The notes under the pieces are model-generated. The model searched no databases and had not been told where the DNA came from. It saw only the letters and a program-made list of their open reading frames with translations. From Flavobacteriales bacterium (lineage in GTDB: Bacteria > Bacteroidota > Bacteroidia > Flavobacteriales_D > Sanyastnellaceae), in NCBI GenBank assembly GCA_049318685.1, contig JBMOFW010000001.1, positions 1 to 55,073 of the forward strand: DNA of 55,073 nucleotides, in the 5' to 3' direction. A program made the position numbers and the translations under genes. Within the stretch, counting starts at the first letter, position 1. The number at the start of each line of letters is the position of its first letter. Positions 9,787 through 17,166 of this stretch are shown here, one piece after another.

Positions 9787-11079
9787 TTAGCGATTTAGAT
9801 AGCGCTCGTAAAGCATCTTCTGTTTGTTGGTCAAATTGATCAGGCGTCCTTGAATAAAGGCGTAGATCACATCATTGGTGCGCATATCCAACGCGTCGCC
9901 TGTGCTGATAAACAATGTAGCGTCTTTTCCTGATTCCAAGCTTCCACAAGTTGAATCGATGCCCAACAAACGCGCAGGAGCCAAGGTGAGCGACTCTACG
10001 GCTTTTTCATAAGGCAATCCATACGCCACTGCAGTGCCGGCATAAAAAGGCAAATTCCGAGTGCCCATGCGCTCCATATCACCCTCATTTTGCAAACAAA
10101 AATCAACTCCCGCTGCAGCGAGCATCCCTGGCAATTTAAACGGCAAATTCACATCTTCTCCTTCCATCATGGGCAATGAATGCAATCGACGCAACATCAC
10201 ACCAACGCCTGCTGCTTTCAATTCATCCGCTATCATCCAAGCATCGTATCCGCCAACAACAACCATCCTTGGAATATTCATTTCTTTCTTGAATCGCAGC
10301 GCCTCGCCAATGGCCTTTACATCGTCTGCATGAACGTAGAGTGTTTTTGTATTATCAAATACACCGCGCAATCCTTCAAAACGCACTTCTGTCACCGCGG
10401 GCTTTTCCACTTTGCAATAGGCTCTGGCTTCTGAAAAGAAGGTTTGTATCTCCATCAATTGCTGATCGTACGTCTTCACCTTTTCTATAGCTACTTTGCC
10501 TTTGTCAAAATGACGGTGGTAAACTTGTGGCCAATTCAAATGAATGCCATCGTCTTCACGAATGATGGCATCTTCCCAGTTCCATGCGTCAAACTGCATC
10601 ACGCTCGATTGTCCGCTAATGATTCCACCGCGCGGGGTGATTTGTCCCATCAACACTCCATTGCTTCGCACCGTAGGTATGACCTCTGAATCGGTATTAA
10701 ACGCGATAGCCGAACGAACGCTCGGTTTGAATGTCCCTACTTCGGCGACATCATTCTGTGCACGCACCGCATCGATATCATGCAACCCCAATGTGCTATT
10801 GGTCGCAATGAATCCGGGATATACATGCATACTGTCTGCATGAATTACGGTATCATACTTCGTCATATCCAAACGAACCAATCGCGCATCGGCAATCAGA
10901 TCAATTTTTCCATTGGTAAAACCCAATACACAATTCTCGATCACTTCTCCATTGCCCACGTGCGCTGTGGCGTTCATGATCAAGATGCGCTTGGATTGTT
11001 GGGCTGCCGGTGCGGGATTGTTTTGGGCGTTCCCCACCAATGCGCTGATCACCAATATCAATGCTATAATGTTCTTCAT
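9787..11079 (-). CDS. Secreted amidohydrolase-family protein with a degenerate metal-binding motif
   Basis: 430 aa. Signal peptide MKNIIALILVISALVGNAQ. Amidohydrolase-like PGFIATNSTLG stands where PGFID-H-x-H is expected. C-terminal GSLESGKDATLF is typical of the family. Confidence 0.75.
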   Translation of the reverse strand: MKNIIALILVISALVGNAQNNPAPAAQQSKRILIMNATAHVGNGEVIENCVLGFTNGKIDLIADARLVRLDMTKYDTVIHADSMHVYPGFIATNSTLGLHDIDAVRAQNDVAEVGTFKPSVRSAIAFNTDSEVIPTVRSNGVLMGQITPRGGIISGQSSVMQFDAWNWEDAIIREDDGIHLNWPQVYHRHFDKGKVAIEKVKTYDQQLMEIQTFFSEARAYCKVEKPAVTEVRFEGLRGVFDNTKTLYVHADDVKAIGEALRFKKEMNIPRMVVVGGYDAWMIADELKAAGVGVMLRRLHSLPMMEGEDVNLPFKLPGMLAAAGVDFCLQNEGDMERMGTRNLPFYAGTAVAYGLPYEKAVESLTLAPARLLGIDSTCGSLESGKDATLFISTGDALDMRTNDVIYAFIQGRLINLTNKQKMLYERYLNR

Positions 11080-11091
11080 CTTTTCTACAAG

Positions 11092-14000
11092 TTAGTGGTT
11101 AAAGACTCCCATTCCGGTGGCATCCATCGTATCGCAATGGAAGTGCTTTTGCGACTTGAATACGGGTTGAACTACCGGCTCTCCCGCGTTTTTCGCATCC
11201 AGCATTTTTCGAATAATGCGGGCACGTTCTTGCTCCATCCAAAGCAACAAGCCTTGTTCCGCTTCCATGTCGTAGTAGCAAATGCCATCCACATAGGTGC
11301 GTTTGGCCCGTGCGTAAATGCTCATCGGATGGGTCGTCCAAATCACGATATCGGCATCTTTACCGGCTTTTAATGAACCCATGCGTTGATCCAAGTGAAG
11401 CATTTTCGCCGGATTCAACGTGACAAATTTCCAAGCTTCTTCTTCCGGAACACCACCATACTTCACAGCTTTGGCGGCCTCTTGGTTAAGACGACGTGCC
11501 ATTTCTGCATCATCACTATTGAAGGCCACGGTCAAACTATCACGCCACATCAATGCCCCATTATAAGGAATGGCATCCTTGACTTCCATTTTATACGCCC
11601 ACCAGTCGCTGAATGTGGAGGCGGCAGCGCCATGTTCGCGCATTTTATCCGACAACTTATATCCTTCGAGAATATGCGTAAACGTGTTGATGCGGAAGCC
11701 CATACTATCCGCCACGTGCATCAACATATTGATTTCACTTTGCACGTAACTGTGACACGTAATGAATCTTCTATGTTCGAGGATTTCGGCCAAAGCATCC
11801 AATTCTAAATCGCGGCGCGGAGCTACAGCCAGAGCCATTCCTTTTTTAGCTTGTCCGGGCGATGCCCCAAAGTAGGCTTTCCACGCAGCCGCATATTCAC
11901 GTGCACGAATAAAATGATCGTAATACACTTGCTCCACGCCCATGCGGGTTTGCGGAAAACGCGTGGTATTGAAATCTCCCCAATTGCTCTGCTTCACGTT
12001 TTCACCCAAAGCAAACTTGATAAATCCATCTGCTCCAGCGATGAGCATTTCATCGGCGCTTGCACCCCAACGCAATTTGATCATCGCACTCTGACCGCCA
12101 ATCGGGTTGGCGCTACCGTGCAACAATTGCGAAGCCACCACACCACCACTCAATTGGCGATAAATATCAATATCCTCCGGCCAAATCACACTGGCTTCTT
12201 TCACCTCTGCACTGCTGGCCTGTGAACCTTCATTCACACTTTCCAGCGCGATGTGGCTATGCTCATCGATGATTCCACACGTCACGTGCAAACCTGTTCC
12301 ATCGATCACTTCTACGTCCTTATATGGCGCGGCATTGACCGATTTTCCTACACCCACAATTTTTCCTGCAGAAATCAATATTTCCCCATTTTCAATGATG
12401 CCTTCTTCTTCATTTGTCCAGATTGTCGCATTGCGCACCAATACGGTTTTGGCCACAGGCTTTTGTTCCCAACCAAAAGCGGTAAATGGATAAATCATTT
12501 TTCCCATCACCTCCGGTTGCTTCTTTTCTGCCTTCTCTTTCTCCTTGGTAGCAGCTGTTGATGACTTCACCGCACGCAATGAAGCTTCCGCCTTGGCTCC
12601 AGCGCCATCTTCCATCCATCCCGTCCACTGTCCTTCCAATTTCCATCCGGAAAATAAACGCAATCCCATGTCCTTGGCCGCAGAATCGGGCTTCAAGGTC
12701 ATGTTCATGAACATCATGTCTGTATTGTACTTCACCGAAAAGGTTAACGAGTCGACTTGGCCATTTTGCTCGCGCAATACAAGCGCGGAATTTTTGCCCT
12801 TTTCACCATCCTCTAAATGTATCTTGAACACTACATTAGCAGATTCAAGCACATAATCACCGGCAATACTCTCTTTCTCCGGCTTACTTACTTCAAAGCG
12901 ATCACCATCTACCCAACTCTCCAAGATCTTGGATTCATCGTTGAAAATATTGCCGGTGGCGATAAAGAAATTCGCTCTAAACCCTTTTTTCAACTGACCG
13001 AGCGTTTGTTCGGTTCCGATCAGTTTGGCCGGAGCCGTAGTCAATGCCGCCAATGCATCTTGTTCTGACAACCCATACAATACAGCCTTTCTCAAGTTGG
13101 GTAGAAAGTCTTTTTTCTCCATCAAATCACTGGCGGTAAAAACAAATGGAATGCCCGCCTGTCGCAACATGGCTGCATTGGCTGGCGCCATTTCCCAATG
13201 TTTCAATTCTCCCAAATCAACCCATCGTGCCGTCAGCGGATCGCTTACATCATAGGCTTTTGGAAAATTCAATGGGACAATCATTGTTCCACCGGTCTTG
13301 CGCATTTCGTCGATGCGTTGATACTCATTTCCGGCTGTTTTGAAAACATATTGCACACCAAATTCATCACCCACTTTGTCGGCACGGAGTACATTCCATT
13401 TGTTGCCAGCATCAAAAATGGCTAAGCCCTTTCGCTGTGCTGCGAAGGCCTCTAAGGACAGATTGCGTTCCTCTTTTTTACCTTCTCGGGCATACCATTC
13501 TGCATCATAATAGGTTTGACGCAATAAAGCGATACTACCCATCAACGAAGACGGATAATCCTGTTGACTAGTCCCTTTATTAAAACTGTAAAAAGCACCA
13601 ATTTTATTCTGATAAAGCTGTGTTTGATCCTTGACACCAAGGCCAACCAAGGCTCCGGTACCGCGCGCTATGCCATCTTGCATGTGCGTCAATACCGCTC
13701 CAAATCCAATTCCGCGATACTCTGCCGCTTGCTCTTCATTGGTGGTAAATACCATACCTGCGTCCTGATCTGCTTTGATCGCTTCATTCCATCCAAAGGC
13801 CCCTTTGCGGTTGCTTTCTGTTTGCGCTCTTCGCCATTCGCGCTGAGCGGGTGGAGTTTTCGGCATACCATATCCAGAGTACACATCAATAAATGAAGGA
13901 TAGATGTATTGCCCGTGAAGATCATAGACTGCAGCATTGGTGGGAATAGCAACACCCGCTCCGGCGGCAATCACATACCCTTTTTCGATAACCAACGTGG

Positions 14001-14157
14001 CATCTTGAATCACTGTGGTAGGATCGACCACCAAGGTAGCATGGGTAAAGGCCACAGCCGTCACCTCTTTCGGTCGAACACCATTGTAAGGAAATGTTTC
14101 CTGTGCCTGTGCCAATACACTTATACAAAGGAATAGCAGTGCAAGAATTTTTTGCAT
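11092..14157 (-). CDS. Large secreted amidohydrolase-family protein (two amidohydrolase-like modules)
   Basis: ORF 11092..14187 trimmed to MQKILALLFLCISVLAQAQ (signal peptide). The N-terminal module has IYPSFIDVYSGYG (no HxH). The C-terminal module has CGIIDEHSHIALE (HxH) and GSLKAGKDADIVIW. Confidence 0.8.
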   Translation of the reverse strand: MQKILALLFLCISVLAQAQETFPYNGVRPKEVTAVAFTHATLVVDPTTVIQDATLVIEKGYVIAAGAGVAIPTNAAVYDLHGQYIYPSFIDVYSGYGMPKTPPAQREWRRAQTESNRKGAFGWNEAIKADQDAGMVFTTNEEQAAEYRGIGFGAVLTHMQDGIARGTGALVGLGVKDQTQLYQNKIGAFYSFNKGTSQQDYPSSLMGSIALLRQTYYDAEWYAREGKKEERNLSLEAFAAQRKGLAIFDAGNKWNVLRADKVGDEFGVQYVFKTAGNEYQRIDEMRKTGGTMIVPLNFPKAYDVSDPLTARWVDLGELKHWEMAPANAAMLRQAGIPFVFTASDLMEKKDFLPNLRKAVLYGLSEQDALAALTTAPAKLIGTEQTLGQLKKGFRANFFIATGNIFNDESKILESWVDGDRFEVSKPEKESIAGDYVLESANVVFKIHLEDGEKGKNSALVLREQNGQVDSLTFSVKYNTDMMFMNMTLKPDSAAKDMGLRLFSGWKLEGQWTGWMEDGAGAKAEASLRAVKSSTAATKEKEKAEKKQPEVMGKMIYPFTAFGWEQKPVAKTVLVRNATIWTNEEEGIIENGEILISAGKIVGVGKSVNAAPYKDVEVIDGTGLHVTCGIIDEHSHIALESVNEGSQASSAEVKEASVIWPEDIDIYRQLSGGVVASQLLHGSANPIGGQSAMIKLRWGASADEMLIAGADGFIKFALGENVKQSNWGDFNTTRFPQTRMGVEQVYYDHFIRAREYAAAWKAYFGASPGQAKKGMALAVAPRRDLELDALAEILEHRRFITCHSYVQSEINMLMHVADSMGFRINTFTHILEGYKLSDKMREHGAAASTFSDWWAYKMEVKDAIPYNGALMWRDSLTVAFNSDDAEMARRLNQEAAKAVKYGGVPEEEAWKFVTLNPAKMLHLDQRMGSLKAGKDADIVIWTTHPMSIYARAKRTYVDGICYYDMEAEQGLLLWMEQERARIIRKMLDAKNAGEPVVQPVFKSQKHFHCDTMDATGMGVFNH

Positions 14158-14187
14158 GAATAGAGATACTAGAAAGTTCGAATACAA

Positions 14188-14823
14188 TTATACGGCTTCT
14201 GCCACAACTTCCTCAACTACATCTGGAAGTTTGGCTTTGAGCAAATTCTCAATACCACCTTTCAACGTGGCGGTGCTGCTCGGACAACCGCTGCAAGAGC
14301 CCTTCATTTGGACATACACTTTTTTGTCTTTGTAGGCCATGAAGTCAATGGCACCGCCATCTTGCTCCACCGCAGGACGAACGAATTCATCGAGTAAAAA
14401 ACGAATCTCATCATCATAGGGTGAAGGTTCCATTTGACTGTAATCAGTCGCCTGACGCGGGGCACCCAAATCTACAGGATCTATTTCGGGACGGCGATTG
14501 AGCAATTCAGCCGGAACCGCAGTCACACAAATTTCATTATCCATCAACCACTCGCGGATATACTCGCGCAATTGCATCACAATCATTTCCCATCCCAAGG
14601 ATTCATCTTTGGAAACAGTAACGAAATTGCCACTAACAAAAACACTCGTCACAAAAGGAAAATTGAACAACTCTTCGGCCAAGGGAGAAGAATTCTTTGC
14701 TTCATTTTTCGAGCGATATTCCACTTGCAAACCACCGCTCACTAGAGCGCGATCCGCGACAAATTTCATGGCTGCCGGATTTGGAGTCATCTCGGCATAG
14801 ACAGAGGTAGGTATTTTTTTCAT
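14188..14823 (-). CDS. NifU/Nfu-type Fe-S cluster scaffold protein
   Basis: ORF trimmed to MKKIPTSVYAEMTPNPAAMKFV (Nfu N-terminal domain). The C-terminal NifU domain carries GSCSGCPSS (CxxC). Confidence 0.85.
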   Translation of the reverse strand: MKKIPTSVYAEMTPNPAAMKFVADRALVSGGLQVEYRSKNEAKNSSPLAEELFNFPFVTSVFVSGNFVTVSKDESLGWEMIVMQLREYIREWLMDNEICVTAVPAELLNRRPEIDPVDLGAPRQATDYSQMEPSPYDDEIRFLLDEFVRPAVEQDGGAIDFMAYKDKKVYVQMKGSCSGCPSSTATLKGGIENLLKAKLPDVVEEVVAEAV

Positions 14824-14830
14824 AGTCACT

Positions 14831-14861
14831 GGCTTCAGGCTGCAAGCTTCAGGCTGCAAGC
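14831..14861. repeat. Heptamer array GGCTTCA GGCTGCA AGCTTCA GGCTGCA AGC (a 14-mer repeated 2.2 times)
   Basis: Direct tandem repeat with one mismatch, 8 nt upstream (minus-strand sense) of the nifU-like start codon. Confidence 0.8.
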
Positions 14862-14908
14862 ATTGGGTTGTATTTTATATGTTTATTCTTTCAAACAGTA
14901 ACTAGTAA

Positions 14909-15511
14909 CTAGTTTTTCGACAGTGTCGCTACCGTTTTCCAAATTTCTCGAATCGTGCGCAATTCGATACTGTATGGAGCATAAAACTTATTATCGGAGA
15001 TTAAGTTCGCAAAAACCCCTTCAACTTGAACTCGTTTGTAAACTATGCCTTCATCGGTGATGACCACATGCGGCTGTCCAGAGCGAATTTCAGACAGTTG
15101 ATTCAATTTCTCTGCAATCACATAGGCTCCGTCTTCCAATGGGTGCATGCTATCGCCACTGATTTGAAACACGCGCATATCGCTGCGCAAAGGCATATCT
15201 GTACCCGACAGGTCCATGGTGGGCAATGAGTCGATAAATTCAGGATCGCTATAGCCATGCAAATAGCCCGCTGCGGCGCGCACGGGCACAATAGGGATGC
15301 GTCGACCATCCATTTTTTTTCCAACCAAATAGTCGATTGAGGTATCGAACAAAGTGGCCATTTTTTGCAACAATTCGATGGATGGTTCGGCGCGTTGCTC
15401 TTCGTAAGCGCCAATTACCGGGCGTTTCACACCAAGCTTTTCTGCCAAATCATTCTGCGTCAAACCATATCGTTTTCGCAGCACTTTCATATTTCCCGAC
15501 AACTCAGACAT
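14909..15511 (-). CDS. LexA-like SOS repressor of the non-canonical type (XRE/CI-type HTH + S24 peptidase)
   Basis: 200 aa. N-terminal HTH (LRKRYGLTQNDLAEKLGVKRPVIGAYE). Candidate Ala-Gly self-cleavage site (VRAAAGY). S24 catalytic region (QISGDSMHP ... VYKRV). Divergent from an operon that contains SRAP and a DnaE2-like polymerase. Confidence 0.75.
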   Translation of the reverse strand: MSELSGNMKVLRKRYGLTQNDLAEKLGVKRPVIGAYEEQRAEPSIELLQKMATLFDTSIDYLVGKKMDGRRIPIVPVRAAAGYLHGYSDPEFIDSLPTMDLSGTDMPLRSDMRVFQISGDSMHPLEDGAYVIAEKLNQLSEIRSGQPHVVITDEGIVYKRVQVEGVFANLISDNKFYAPYSIELRTIREIWKTVATLSKN

Positions 15512-15592
15512 GAAGCGAAGATACTATGACAAGTCAAGCCGATGAAAAATGAAGTGTGAAGATTTTTTAACGTGAACGATTATCTTCGCCCA

Positions 15593-16333
15593 ATGACTCA
15601 TCTTGTATTTCTTCATGGATTTTTAGAAGACGCTTCGATGTGGCAGCCGGTGCTCGACCGGGTGTCGAAATCGGGGTATCGCATTCATCTCCCTGAATTG
15701 CCGGGGCACGGCAAGAATAAGACTTTGTCTGCGGCTTATACCATGGACGAATGGGTAGAAAACATCATGAGTCAATTGGATATTCCAGCAGATGAGCCCT
15801 TTATATTTATTGGGCACTCCATGGGAGGGTATGTTGGTGCTTCGTTGGCCATGCGCTATGGACAGCGCATCAAAGCATTTTGTGCGTTTCATTCTCGGAT
15901 TGGCGATGATCCTGAAGAAAAAAAAGAAAATCGTCTTCGCGCCATAGAAGCGGCCAAAGAAAACCGCGAACGCTATATCCGTATGATGGTTTCAGGGATT
16001 TTTCATCCTCAATTTCATGTGCATCATCAGGATAAAATTGACAAGCAGATTGACATCGCACTCTCTGTAAATATCGACACCATCGAAGCTTCACACACGG
16101 TGATGCGCGGGCGACCCAATGCCATTGCCGCATTTCAAGAGCGCAATTTTCCGTTGTTTTATTTTTTGGGAGATCAAGACAGTGCGTTGCCGAAAGAGAA
16201 TATGGATGAAGAAATAGCACAACTTCCCGGAGCGGCAGTTCTTTTCGCCCACCACACAGGCCATATGGGTTACATAGAGTGTCCGCATGTTGCCGGAGAA
16301 TTTATCCAGCGCATGCTTCGATCAATCATGTAA
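15593..16333 (+). CDS. Alpha/beta hydrolase
   Basis: ORF 15572 (GTG)..16333, with the ATG at 15593 preferred (MTHLVFLHGFLED). Nucleophile elbow GHSMGG and a C-terminal His (HTGHMG). Confidence 0.8.
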   Translation: MTHLVFLHGFLEDASMWQPVLDRVSKSGYRIHLPELPGHGKNKTLSAAYTMDEWVENIMSQLDIPADEPFIFIGHSMGGYVGASLAMRYGQRIKAFCAFHSRIGDDPEEKKENRLRAIEAAKENRERYIRMMVSGIFHPQFHVHHQDKIDKQIDIALSVNIDTIEASHTVMRGRPNAIAAFQERNFPLFYFLGDQDSALPKENMDEEIAQLPGAAVLFAHHTGHMGYIECPHVAGEFIQRMLRSIM

Positions 16334-16357
16334 GGATCAATTCCCTAAATTCGCTTT

Positions 16358-17164
16358 ATGTGCGGACGATATGCAACTGTAACGAAGATCAAGGAGATCG
16401 AGAAAAAATTTGGCGTAACTGCCAAACCGGGCGTGGTATTCGAACCCCACACCAATATCGGCCCCGGACAATTGGCGCTGGTCATCACCTCTGATCAGCC
16501 ACAAGCGCTCGACCTCATGCGCTTCGGACTCACACCCCATTGGGCCAAAAAGCCGATGCTATTTATCAACGCCCGTTCTGAAGGTGATCACAACCCAGAC
16601 GACGTAGAACATTACACCGGAGCCAAAGGCATTCTCGAAAAACCTTCTTTTCGCAAACCCATCCGCAGCCAGCGCTGTGTGATCATCGCCGATTGTTTTT
16701 ACGAAGGACCAAAAGACATTGGATTGTCCAAACCTTATTGCGTCTATATGCGCAATGGCGAACGCCCCTTTGCTATGGCAGGTATCTGGGACCAATGGGT
16801 CAATACCAATACAGGGGAAATCATCCGCTCCTTTGCCATTGTCACTACCGCCGCCAATTCCGTATTGCGCAAACTGGGCCACCATAGGTCGCCACTCATT
16901 TTAGACAAAGGCATGGACAAAGTATGGCTAGATATCAAAACGCCCCTCAGTGAAATCACCGCGCTGATGCGCACTCCTCTGGCAGAATGGATGAATGCCT
17001 ACCCGGTAGATCCCGCCATGAAAAATCCACGTGCGATCGGTATGGAATTGCTTCGTCCGACCGGCGAACGAATTGAACCAGAATTCGACTACGAGATCTA
17101 CCATGAGCTGGAAATGTTTGGCATGGGTGAAACGCGCGCCCGAAAGCGCCGAGAAGAGGAGTAA
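16358..17164 (+). CDS. SOS response-associated peptidase (SRAP/YedK family, abasic-site sensor)
   Basis: 268 aa. Starts MCGRY (the catalytic Cys2 characteristic of SRAP). Basic C-terminal tail. The stop lies 2 nt before the polymerase start. Confidence 0.9.
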   Translation: MCGRYATVTKIKEIEKKFGVTAKPGVVFEPHTNIGPGQLALVITSDQPQALDLMRFGLTPHWAKKPMLFINARSEGDHNPDDVEHYTGAKGILEKPSFRKPIRSQRCVIIADCFYEGPKDIGLSKPYCVYMRNGERPFAMAGIWDQWVNTNTGEIIRSFAIVTTAANSVLRKLGHHRSPLILDKGMDKVWLDIKTPLSEITALMRTPLAEWMNAYPVDPAMKNPRAIGMELLRPTGERIEPEFDYEIYHELEMFGMGETRARKRREEE

Positions 17165-17166
17165 TC

